Source: a virus
Taxonomy: Duplodnaviria; Caudoviricetes
Virus record (IMG/VR): IMGVR_UViG_3300023048_000002
Location: 32,001-96,000 of that record
Reading direction: 5' to 3' (one strand)
DNA: 64,000 nt
In this document: positions 55,508 through 64,000 of the stretch, in pieces
Position numbering within the stretch: the first letter of the stretch is position 1
Layout: every line of letters begins with the position of its first letter
The notes under the pieces: generated by a model
Seen by the model: only the letters and a program-made list of their open reading frames with translations
Database searches by the model: none
Told to the model about the DNA's origin: nothing
Program-made: the position numbers and the translations under genes

Positions 55508-55537
55508 AACAGGTTCTCCAATTCCTAATATTTATCC

Positions 55538-57112
55538 TTAACCCATTAGGAAAGGCATGTATCCTTCATCTTCGTCATCTCCATCCTTCAAACGAACTTC
55601 CTCATTTTCATATGACCAGTTCTCAGCTTTAACATGCTGGAAGGAATACATCTTTGCATAAGCGTTAACGTCATGCTGTGCCATATCTTCCACAATTCTA
55701 ATACAGATTAGAGTTGCGAACACCGTGTCATCCGTTCCACCCGTCTTAGCTTCAAACGTATTACCTTTACGAACAAGGTTTTTCAACTCTGCGATTAACT
55801 GTTTAGAGTTGATCAGCAAGTGACCGCGTTCAAACATTTCCTTGAACGCGATTAGACCCAAGTTCTTAGTTTTAATGTTTGAGTTGTAGCCCAATGTATC
55901 CTTACCTTCTTCAGACATAAAGATACCCTTTTCAATAGGATCAACGTCAGCCTCATACAATGAAGTGATTGCCTGACCCAAGGCATTATTTTCAACAGAG
56001 AAATAAGTTCTTGCTGAGTTCCTTTCCAAGAATCTGATAAGAGTCTTTAAATAAGAATATAATTCAGTTGGGGATTCTTGGTTTGTACGGTATTCCATAA
56101 CCTGTTCCATACTAGGGAACTCAAATACCTGTACTACGCTGTAGTCATTACCTGTTCCCTGTGATGGGTCAACACCAACGATATATGTGTGATTGCGTGA
56201 AGGAATCTTCCAGAAGGTTTGATTGATAGAGTTACCAAAGATTTGAAATGTCTGGATACCATCAATACGATTCTCAGCAGCAGTAAGCTTGTCTGGATCG
56301 ATAAGCGTATGCTCGGAAGTAAGCATTTCGCATTCGTATTCCTGTCTCCAACGTCTTTCACCAATAAGCTCAATTGTCTTAACTCTAAACTCTTCATCAC
56401 GTCCGGGAATTTCATTCCATCTTACGCTTACTGGAAACCATTCCTTGCCTGATTCAGCTTTACGCCAGAAATCTGCAAAGAGGTCACTATCACCATTTGG
56501 CGTAGACGATACTATACAGGAACCACCTGTTGATAATACGGGCTGTAGGGATGTCCACATTTCTTTTTGAATATGTGGTGGTACGAATGCTAATTCGTCC
56601 ATGTATAGAAGTGAAATGGCAAGACCACGACCCGTGTTTTGGCTAGTAGCCTGCGCAGTGATTTTGGTCTTGTTTTCAAATGCTAATGTAGTCTTGTTGA
56701 ATTCCTTTTCGTCAATACCCGGCTTCAACCAGTTTGGCAATTCTTCATAGATACCTTGAATACGATTGACGATTTCCTTTGCACCAGCAAGTTTGTTAGC
56801 TGCTACAAGGATGTTCTTTTCCTCATGGAAAATAGCAAACCATGTCAAGTATGCACAAGTCGTTTCTGTCTTACCTGACTGACGTGCGATCTTGGAGATA
56901 CACCAACGGTTAGACTGATATGCGCGAATCAATTTTATCTGATATGGTCTAAGTTTAAAGGGAATTCTTCCCAGCGTAGGATGTCGGATATGCACGTAGT
57001 TGTTGATAAAATATACAGGATCAAGCACACATTTGCGCATTTCATCCAACATTTGTTGTGTATATTCAGTTGTTGTATTTGGTTTCTTTAATCGTGGGTT
57101 CTTAATAGCCAT
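55538..57112 (-). CDS. terminase large subunit (T4 gp17-like)
   Basis: DPVYF..NY, ARQSGKT, LYMDELAF, STPNG, QEYEC, GVDPSQG.G.DYS, DD; CATAAATA at 57133-57140. Confidence 0.95.
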   Translation of the reverse strand: MAIKNPRLKKPNTTTEYTQQMLDEMRKCVLDPVYFINNYVHIRHPTLGRIPFKLRPYQIKLIRAYQSNRWCISKIARQSGKTETTCAYLTWFAIFHEEKNILVAANKLAGAKEIVNRIQGIYEELPNWLKPGIDEKEFNKTTLAFENKTKITAQATSQNTGRGLAISLLYMDELAFVPPHIQKEMWTSLQPVLSTGGSCIVSSTPNGDSDLFADFWRKAESGKEWFPVSVRWNEIPGRDEEFRVKTIELIGERRWRQEYECEMLTSEHTLIDPDKLTAAENRIDGIQTFQIFGNSINQTFWKIPSRNHTYIVGVDPSQGTGNDYSVVQVFEFPSMEQVMEYRTNQESPTELYSYLKTLIRFLERNSARTYFSVENNALGQAITSLYEADVDPIEKGIFMSEEGKDTLGYNSNIKTKNLGLIAFKEMFERGHLLINSKQLIAELKNLVRKGNTFEAKTGGTDDTVFATLICIRIVEDMAQHDVNAYAKMYSFQHVKAENWSYENEEVRLKDGDDEDEGYMPFLMG

Positions 57113-57265
57113 AAAATAAATCCGTTTGAATTTATTTATGTAGCCTAAAAAACAGTGAATTCAACCACTTGAGACCTATAGGTATATTTCTAGATTATTC
57201 AAAAAAGATATCGGTCTCGTGTTTCTACAATAAATATACGTTATAATTAAGGAAATAGTACTCCC

Positions 57266-57523
57266 ATGAAATCCCTGCTAGCTCAGTCTGTAAATGCACT
57301 AATCAACAAGGATATGGCTTCTGCCAAGACTTTGTATAAAGAATACATCACTCAGAAGAGTCGTGCAGTTCTTGAAGAAGTTGAAAAGGAGAAGCTTGAA
57401 AAAGATATGGTTCATGGTCACTGCGATGGGTGCGGTGAATCATCTACAACATCTGAATCCGTTCTCACTTCTAAGAAGTGGGTGTGTGGTCATTGTGACG
57501 CCAAAAAGTTCGTAAGAGCCTAA
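57266..57523 (+). CDS. small late protein; N-half like T4 gp67 prohead core, C-terminal zinc ribbon
   Basis: ALINKD..SAK.L..EY...K...VLEE; CDGC...CGHC; AATAAATA at 57229-57236. Confidence 0.55.
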   Translation: MKSLLAQSVNALINKDMASAKTLYKEYITQKSRAVLEEVEKEKLEKDMVHGHCDGCGESSTTSESVLTSKKWVCGHCDAKKFVRA

Positions 57524-57526
57524 TTA

Positions 57527-57552
57527 AAAAAGCCCGCGAAAGCGGGCTTTTT
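57527..57552. terminator. bidirectional intrinsic terminator
   Basis: AAAAAGCCCGC-GAAA-GCGGGCTTTTT between convergent genes. Confidence 0.85.
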
Positions 57553-57553
57553 C

Positions 57554-59248
57554 TTATGCTCTCCATTGTCCTTCAATTACCGTTATCAATGTAACGTTAC
57601 CATCAGGATAAACTAGTGCTGCTGTATTCAACCATGAACTTGGACCCTTGTTGTAGTCGAGTCTTAGTTTAGATGTTGTACCAACCTGATAAGACCCATT
57701 TGAAATACCCGGCGTGTGGGAGTGACCAATAATCAATCTCTGGCCCATCTTTGCAAGGCTCTTCAAACTTCCTCTTGATCCATTCGGACCAACATCACCA
57801 TGTAGTGACAATTCAAGGCCACCAATCTCCAAACTTTCGCTTCTTGTTAAGAAGTGCGTTCTATTGAAAACCAATGGGTCCATACCACGATATTCATCAG
57901 GGTTAACACACCAGAACTCAATCGCATCAAAGCGCTTGTTTTCATACACTGCCCTATACTGATGATACTTCAGATAGTGATAGAACTTAGCATTCTCTGG
58001 ATCAATTGCTGGGTCAGCTTCCTTTAACCAACGGTCAATATGTTCATCATGGTTTGACTTAACAATATGATTCTCTGTATCTGCTCTGCTTACCGACTCA
58101 ACAAAGTCAGCAACGATCTGCATTGATTGTTCAACATTATTATTATCATTATAAAGATGTTTTCTATAACGCCCTAGAGCATCACGGATGTTGTGATGTG
58201 ATCTTGCAGAACCATCAATTAAATCATGAAACACAAAGTGTTTAGGATTACAGATTTCAGCTACAGAATCGATACCAGTAAATAGAGCCTTTACCGCAGA
58301 CTTACTCACAACTTCAGCATGAATGTCACCCGCTACAAGAGCTAGGGCACGCTGTGAGGATGTGATTGTATTGTGCGTATAATGAGTATCCAAATCATAG
58401 AATGCACCCTTCTCATTAGCAGTGATATGACGAATGTGGAAACGCTCTTCATCATCAATTTCTAGAATGACAGCAGAATATGTATGATGATACGCACCCT
58501 TGTGACCAGCCTTGGAATCCGTATAGTTAGGGACAGTTACTGCACCTGTTGTGGTTAAAATCTTTGGTGACTTATCTGCTGCTGATGAAATTGTTTTCCA
58601 CTCAACATTAGGATGCCCAAAGATTGCAGAGTCCAATCCTGATACAGTATCAAAACCAGATAGTGGGCTTACTGCTGTTGGTTGAATCTTGATGTTTCCC
58701 ATGATTCGAATGTACTTACCAACCTTAAGTTCATCAAAGGTTAGATATTCTACAATCGATGGGTGCCAATAATCGATTTCCTTTTCAGTCCATACCGAAG
58801 TAGGGTTCTTATAACGATAAGGGATGACTACTAGCTCAGCATCATTATGTTTAGAGTAGCTTTCCAAAGCTTTTAGGAATGGTAGGAATACTGGTGTTGC
58901 ATTCTGTGCTGAGGTGATTACATAAGTCTTGTTCTTCTCAATTCTTACTTTTGTCTTCTCTGCAACATTGTTTACCTTCTCTGATTTTCTTGTGACTTCT
59001 GCCATAGCATCTAGAATATTTTCAAAATGTATTAGTGTCTGTCTGTCTAATGCAAGATTTGCATTGCTTTCTAAGAAGGGAAGAGAAAGGCCATTGAATT
59101 GCTCAACAGCCTGTTTACGTCTTAGAACCGACTTTGGCTTGATATCAAGGTATTCAGCTAACTGTTCTCTTGATAACTTGGCCTTGACTGCCGCCTTATA
59201 CTTTAAAATAAAGTCTTCAGTAGCATTCGAAAGTAATTGTTTATTCAT
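57554..59248 (-). CDS. metallophosphoesterase, T5 A1-like, with an N-terminal HTH
   Basis: ITSAQN, GDIH, HDLIDG, SNHD, LHGD.GPNGSRG, GHSHTP, YNKGPSSW. Confidence 0.75.
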   Translation of the reverse strand: MNKQLLSNATEDFILKYKAAVKAKLSREQLAEYLDIKPKSVLRRKQAVEQFNGLSLPFLESNANLALDRQTLIHFENILDAMAEVTRKSEKVNNVAEKTKVRIEKNKTYVITSAQNATPVFLPFLKALESYSKHNDAELVVIPYRYKNPTSVWTEKEIDYWHPSIVEYLTFDELKVGKYIRIMGNIKIQPTAVSPLSGFDTVSGLDSAIFGHPNVEWKTISSAADKSPKILTTTGAVTVPNYTDSKAGHKGAYHHTYSAVILEIDDEERFHIRHITANEKGAFYDLDTHYTHNTITSSQRALALVAGDIHAEVVSKSAVKALFTGIDSVAEICNPKHFVFHDLIDGSARSHHNIRDALGRYRKHLYNDNNNVEQSMQIVADFVESVSRADTENHIVKSNHDEHIDRWLKEADPAIDPENAKFYHYLKYHQYRAVYENKRFDAIEFWCVNPDEYRGMDPLVFNRTHFLTRSESLEIGGLELSLHGDVGPNGSRGSLKSLAKMGQRLIIGHSHTPGISNGSYQVGTTSKLRLDYNKGPSSWLNTAALVYPDGNVTLITVIEGQWRA

Positions 59249-59783
59249 CTACTATTTTTCCTGATTCATCGGTTATCTCGATGACTTCTCCATCTACAAC
59301 ATTATTTGATTTTAGAATGTCTTTGATGGCATCCCTTGTATTCATAATAAGTGTCTGGTTTAAGGTTTTAGTTATATTACCGTTTCCAGAAGTGGTTTTA
59401 GCCGTCAATTTATCCTTATGTTCTTTCATCTTAGCACGTTCGTGGATTGCACTCAAGCCAATGTTTAAATAATTTGCAGCAACTTCATACATTCTTGCTC
59501 GTTTGCTTCCCTCTATATCTTCAATATCATCAATGATGGTTTGATGGACCACAATGGCGTCATTGTGAATCTTTGAATATGCGGCTTCAATGTCATCGTC
59601 TTTTTCATCATAAGCGTCAATGGGATTTACATTTACGCTAGGCTGAACTGGTTTTAATACTTGTTCTTCTTTTTCTTCTTTTTCATCTTCCACAACATCT
59701 GGAAGGTTGAAGAAATTTTCTAAGGGCCTTCTCTTAGTGGTAGTGGTAAGACCCTTCGATTCTTTAGATTTTTTGGCTGGCAT
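59241..59783 (-). CDS. terminase small subunit (T4 gp16-like)
   Basis: ARMYEVA helix pair, NQTLIM.TRD..K; near TerL; AATAAATA upstream. Confidence 0.65.
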   Translation of the reverse strand: MPAKKSKESKGLTTTTKRRPLENFFNLPDVVEDEKEEKEEQVLKPVQPSVNVNPIDAYDEKDDDIEAAYSKIHNDAIVVHQTIIDDIEDIEGSKRARMYEVAANYLNIGLSAIHERAKMKEHKDKLTAKTTSGNGNITKTLNQTLIMNTRDAIKDILKSNNVVDGEVIEITDESGKIVDE

Positions 59784-59816
59784 TGTTGGTATTCCTAGGT
59801 TTTCTAAGGATATTTA

Positions 59817-60041
59817 TTATCCTTTAGAACCTCTGACTGCCGAGTACCACTCCCTAGGGAATTCCTTGTTAGTGGTCATTTCGTACCAAGCATCTAAATC
59901 TAAAATCTTCTTAAGATGAAGATCAATATATTTGTTATATTCACTAATGTAGTTGGTGAGGTCTGCTTGGCTTTTATCAGTTATCATGGATTCAACTTTA
60001 TGTGCTACTAGTTTCATTGGTCTGGCTGTCCGGCTCTTCAT
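59817..60041 (-). CDS. hypothetical protein; start possibly 59987
   Basis: Short ORF filling the gap. Confidence 0.45.
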   Translation of the reverse strand: MKSRTARPMKLVAHKVESMITDKSQADLTNYISEYNKYIDLHLKKILDLDAWYEMTTNKEFPREWYSAVRGSKG

Positions 60042-60267
60042 TTTTCTGAGGGAATAGTCCCTTTAGGATATCGTTAATCTGGCTACGCTTAGCTAGTATA
60101 GCTAACTCAATTATTTCCATTTCACCAAAAAGGTCTAATTTCTTTTGAGTATAGCGTTGAAGTGTTTCAACTTCAAAACGAACGTCTTTTGGAAGACTCT
60201 CAACTTCGATCTTCTGATCATTAATTTGCAAGAAAATAATTTTCTCGGCTATAGGTGATTGATTCAT
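59998..60267 (-). CDS. hypothetical protein
   Basis: 89 aa, AAGGA RBS. Confidence 0.65.
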   Translation of the reverse strand: MNQSPIAEKIIFLQINDQKIEVESLPKDVRFEVETLQRYTQKKLDLFGEMEIIELAILAKRSQINDILKGLFPQKNEEPDSQTNETSST

Positions 60268-60275
60268 ATTTTTCC

Positions 60276-61715
60276 TTATGAGTTTGCAAATGCCATTAAA
60301 TCTAACAAATCGTTAGAGTTTGATTCTTCTTGGGGTATATCTGAGTCATCTATCGGTAACCCTTCAATATTCCTATCAATTACACTAAACGATGCTCTTG
60401 GTGGAGCTTCATCAGCTTCAGGTTTTACCTTCTTACCATACTGATTATTTGATTGCTGTACTTCTTTCTGCAACCTAGTCAGTGCGGCTCTAACCTTACC
60501 TTCATCTTCAATGTCAGTAATCTGTAGATTGTCCCTATTGAATTTGACTGGAACGTTCTCGCCTACGGCTGAAGAGGATCGAGTCTTTAGGAAGTACAAT
60601 AACATAATACCTTCTATTCTCATCTTAGGTGTCATATACAATGAAATGTAGTTGTCAACGATATTAATCTTTGAAAAACCACCGGCGATGACTGCTTGGT
60701 TAGGTGATGCTTCGGTAATGCCTGCACGATTCTGCTGTGAAGCAGACACCATTACAGCATTATAATCAACACCAATTTCATACAACTGCTCGGACTTGGC
60801 CTTATCTTGTTCTGAAATAGATATATTATTTGTTCCACCAATAGGTGACATAAGATCAAGGTAGTCAACAAGCATTACATCAGGCTTGACACCATACTCC
60901 ATTTCATACTGTTTTAAGTATCCACGAATATCATTAGCATTTGAACCATTAGGTAAACGCACCATGCGGTACGACCCACCACCCTTCTCTTTAATTTGAT
61001 TTAGCTTGCTTGCTATGGTTGGGATGTTTTCTTTCCAACCACTGATAGGCACACCAGTTGCAATAGATGCAAGACGGGTGTAAATCATATTTTCTGGAAG
61101 TTCTAACGAAATGTAGAGTACGTTATAACCCTGTGCGGCATAGTTGTCACCAATGTTCGACATGACCACTGATTTACCAACACCGGAGTTGGCAGAGAAT
61201 AGGGTTAGCTGTTTGCGTACAAGACCACCACCAAGCTTATCATCAATAATTCTGATACCAGTTGGCATGAATTCCAAACTATCGATACATTCCTGTAAGC
61301 GTGCTTCAGGATTATCATATAGATCGATACCTAGATTTCTGTTAAGCGAAATCTTAGCAGCTTCAAGAATGGCTTGGGTTACTTTATCAAAGTTACCTTC
61401 GGCCATGTCTTTCATGGAACCCTGCATAGCTTCCTTGATGGCAGATTCCTTGGCAAACTTCTCACATTCATCTGAGATGTAAGGAACATCATCATACTTG
61501 ACTTCGCGGTGGCTCAATTTAACATCACACTCCACTTCGATTTTATTAAAATCGGGGAGTGCGGAATACTTTTCATAATAGTTTTGAAAGAACAGAACTG
61601 CCTTTCTTAACTCAGGATCAAAAAAACTTGGCTTGATGATCGACGCACATCTAGCATACAAGTCCTTCGATGATAACAGATATTCAATTACCATCTTTTG
61701 TTTAGCAAAATTCAT
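60276..61715 (-). CDS. replicative DnaB-like helicase (T4 gp41-like)
   Basis: PTG...D..LGGG, ANSGVGKS, YISLEL, LVDYLDLM, ASQQNR, LKTR. Confidence 0.92.
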   Translation of the reverse strand: MNFAKQKMVIEYLLSSKDLYARCASIIKPSFFDPELRKAVLFFQNYYEKYSALPDFNKIEVECDVKLSHREVKYDDVPYISDECEKFAKESAIKEAMQGSMKDMAEGNFDKVTQAILEAAKISLNRNLGIDLYDNPEARLQECIDSLEFMPTGIRIIDDKLGGGLVRKQLTLFSANSGVGKSVVMSNIGDNYAAQGYNVLYISLELPENMIYTRLASIATGVPISGWKENIPTIASKLNQIKEKGGGSYRMVRLPNGSNANDIRGYLKQYEMEYGVKPDVMLVDYLDLMSPIGGTNNISISEQDKAKSEQLYEIGVDYNAVMVSASQQNRAGITEASPNQAVIAGGFSKINIVDNYISLYMTPKMRIEGIMLLYFLKTRSSSAVGENVPVKFNRDNLQITDIEDEGKVRAALTRLQKEVQQSNNQYGKKVKPEADEAPPRASFSVIDRNIEGLPIDDSDIPQEESNSNDLLDLMAFANS

Positions 61716-61761
61716 AGATACTCCAACTTAGGGTGGATTCTCCTACGAATGACCGTTTAAG

Positions 61762-63489
61762 TCAATTCTTGTTCAGAATTGTATCTTCACGTCTCGGATC
61801 AGTTACAGTCGATGTATCAGGATCAGTAAAATCTTGAAGGAATGGCATAGTCTTTCTGAAAGCATAACGTTTGTCATCTTCAATAAAGAACCAAATACCT
61901 TTACGCTTTGAGAAACGATATAGCTTAGGTGCGATATCTTTACCGTTACCAAGTTTGACGTAAGTCAATCTATGGTAATCACCATTTTTAGGTTTGGCTG
62001 GGAAATCATCACCTTCCGTGAATGGGAGGCCGTTCGGAGGAAGTCCGTCCTTACTATATATGTTCTTGCTCACATTGAGCTTGTTCATGTTTAGATTAGG
62101 ATGTTTCTTACCGAATTCGATAGCTTCCGGGGAAAGTGTTCCAATATCAGCATGATCTTCACCGCGCTCTGGAACATTATCATTAGCTTTAGCTTTGATC
62201 GTATCATTGATCGGCATAATGTCCTGATACTTCTTAGATGACCCATCATTGATATCCACAAGACCACTGGAATCAATATCTTCAGTTAGCTTACCAAAGA
62301 TTTGCTGAGTTTCCTGAGACGCAATCGCTGGAACTGCTAAAAGACGAAGCATCGTTGGAATCCAATTTGCAGTGTAACTTGTAACAGCCCACGATACATC
62401 GATAATTTCCAAATATTTCTTAGCCATCGATAGTGTAGGAGTCAACTGTGCTAGTGCTGGAATTTCAACGATATCACCAATGACGAAAGGACGACCCAAG
62501 AAGGCCACCGATTGGTGGGTTGAAACTTCAATCGTATAAGTTTCAGTCTGATAAAAACCATACTTGGATGCAGCAGACTGTACATCGATTGGTGTGAAAT
62601 ATGATTTCATTTTAAGAGGCACAGTCAAATAGTCTCTGTCTCTATTTTCTAACAGAATTTTATCTTGGATGTTGTTGATGGCAGTCTTTTCATATTCCAT
62701 CATCTGGATAGCTTGGATGGTCCAATAGTCATCTGGTCCACCGTTAAATGCAACCGGACGAACTCTCCAAAATCTTGAAGGGACCGTTCTAGGAAATGAT
62801 AACGTTACAAGGCCATCACAATCCTGTGATGAGACTGCACCAGCACCATACCATTTAACTCCGTCTTCAGAATGCTCAAGACGAACCTTTGTTGCACGGT
62901 TCTGAGCATCACAACCCTGTTTAATTTTAATTAGAGAAATATCACGCTTGACTGATGTTTCAATGCCATAACGATCACGACCATTACTCAATTTAATTGG
63001 GCCAAAGTCAAAACCAATAAAAGCTTTACCAACAACAGCAGTACCGGTCTGAGCGGAACGCCACTCAGTTTTATATTTTGTGAAAGCATTAGATGCTGGG
63101 AAATTTGAAAGATTACCAGATGAGATAGCAGTGCCTGATGTGGTCAAGTCCGTTAGGGAACCTTGCTCATGAATACCAAGAAGCTTGTATACGTTTAAAA
63201 CCGCACCAGCGATGTTAAGCTGCTCATCTACATAATTATCGACCAGACATGTATCAGTGTTCTCCGTCAAGTCCCACGGGCTGCACACGTCGTTCTGTGG
63301 GCAAACGATGCCGTACTCAGTCTGCACACATCCACCACCGATATCTTCGGTTGGTGGAGTTACAGGAGTACCATCATCATTAAGATCACAATCACCGGCA
63401 GTGCTATTGTCTATTCCACAATCCTTACCGGTTTTGATTTCAGCCTCAGTATTTACTTTATTAATTTCGCACGGAATACAAGTTGCCAT
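61762..63489 (-). CDS. neck/head-closure protein (gp14-like) with an inserted discoidin (F5/8C) domain
   Basis: EQLNIAG..LNVYK, IQD.ILLENRDRDY, LGRP..IGDIVEIP; discoidin W.S...IGFDFG...L.HS.DG.KW...RFWRV; follows a gp13-like gene. Confidence 0.65.
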   Translation of the reverse strand: MATCIPCEINKVNTEAEIKTGKDCGIDNSTAGDCDLNDDGTPVTPPTEDIGGGCVQTEYGIVCPQNDVCSPWDLTENTDTCLVDNYVDEQLNIAGAVLNVYKLLGIHEQGSLTDLTTSGTAISSGNLSNFPASNAFTKYKTEWRSAQTGTAVVGKAFIGFDFGPIKLSNGRDRYGIETSVKRDISLIKIKQGCDAQNRATKVRLEHSEDGVKWYGAGAVSSQDCDGLVTLSFPRTVPSRFWRVRPVAFNGGPDDYWTIQAIQMMEYEKTAINNIQDKILLENRDRDYLTVPLKMKSYFTPIDVQSAASKYGFYQTETYTIEVSTHQSVAFLGRPFVIGDIVEIPALAQLTPTLSMAKKYLEIIDVSWAVTSYTANWIPTMLRLLAVPAIASQETQQIFGKLTEDIDSSGLVDINDGSSKKYQDIMPINDTIKAKANDNVPERGEDHADIGTLSPEAIEFGKKHPNLNMNKLNVSKNIYSKDGLPPNGLPFTEGDDFPAKPKNGDYHRLTYVKLGNGKDIAPKLYRFSKRKGIWFFIEDDKRYAFRKTMPFLQDFTDPDTSTVTDPRREDTILNKN

Positions 63490-63492
63490 TTA

Positions 63493-64000
63493 TTATCCTA
63501 TTACAAAGTGACCACCAAGACCAACGTCCTGATAGTTCGCCATTGCTGGGTCGTTCAATTCTTCCATCAATGCCTGTCTTTCTGTGTCAGCCTGAGAAGA
63601 CAATTCTTGTGAGTTAAGTGTTGTACTACCATTTGGTCCCGGTAGAGTCTGATACTTACCTCTAACGTGTGATAGCATCATCTTGGCTTCAGCTAATGCA
63701 TATTTCTTAATCCATAGTGCAGATTCACGGCTAGTGAACAAGTCCTGTTCTGTCTTCTCAATGGTCACATCAAGAAGCATTCTTTCATGCATTGTAATTC
63801 TGCTAAACAATCTCAACTCACGGCTCTCTTCTACCCATTGGTGCATGATACGAGTAGCAAATAACTGTTCCAATTCCTTCATGTAAGAAGACATTAAGTG
63901 ATAGCTCAACATGTCAAATGTGCCAACAGTGTACAACTGCTGAAGTGCAGCTACACCAAACAAACCGTTGCCTGCAAGTCCAGCGGTGATCCAACCCGCT
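63493..64000 (-). CDS. neck protein (gp13-like), start lies outside the window
   Basis: WIKKYALAEAK..L...RGKY..LPGP.G..TLN. Confidence 0.8.
   Translation of the reverse strand, partial: AGWITAGLAGNGLFGVAALQQLYTVGTFDMLSYHLMSSYMKELEQLFATRIMHQWVEESRELRLFSRITMHERMLLDVTIEKTEQDLFTSRESALWIKKYALAEAKMMLSHVRGKYQTLPGPNGSTTLNSQELSSQADTERQALMEELNDPAMANYQDVGLGGHFVIG

Noticed and set aside
717-63886. The many short antisense or off-frame ORFs in the track (e.g. 9558-10064, 10242-10763, 18386-18727, 18438-18773, 21300-21725, 28843-29247)
   Set aside because: They are nested in or opposite well-supported genes and show no recognisable motifs.
1-64000. CRISPR arrays, tRNA/rRNA genes, IS elements, stop-codon recoding
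   Set aside because: No spaced direct repeats, cloverleafs or transposases were seen, intergenic gaps are short, and conserved genes are full length in the standard code.
1-64000. ATAAATA hits inside coding regions
   Set aside because: Expected by chance in AT-rich DNA; only copies just upstream of gene starts were used.

Overview
This 64 kb window is from a gene-dense, AT-rich jumbo myophage with T4-like core genes. Spanins and sigma70 promoters point to a Gram-negative host. Genes lie mostly on the minus strand and use the standard code. I saw no tRNA, rRNA or CRISPR array. The left half (1-33 kb) is an accessory, host-takeover and counter-defence region: NAD-dependent ligase, Acb1-like 2H phosphoesterase, DHFR, PhoH, AlkB, Nudix, HAD enzymes, CCA-adding enzyme, PspC, rhodanese-like protein, sirtuin, MazG, dCMP deaminase, sHSP, Bfd, lipase and spanins. 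It also holds an unusually large NAD+ module: NadV, NadM-Nudix, NadE, a NadD-like transferase, a PRTase-like protein, a 2OG-Fe(II) oxygenase and a frameshifted NADAR. The right half (33-64 kb) encodes virion proteins with Pro/Thr linkers, clamp loaders, a GroES-like protein, UvsW/UvsY/UvsX, SSB, both terminase subunits, helicase and neck proteins. Five observations stand out. (1) Two tandem virion-protein paralogs end in Hint (intein-like) domains, and one Hint interrupts a Cys-rich module that also appears as a free-standing mini-gene next door. (2) The NAD module goes beyond the known NadV+NMNAT pair. (3) A minimal DnaE is split into two genes about 10 kb apart. (4) A DnaQ-fold protein has its catalytic acids replaced by His. 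(5) A promoter-inside-hairpin layout recurs. All calls come from motif recognition by eye; no database searches were run.
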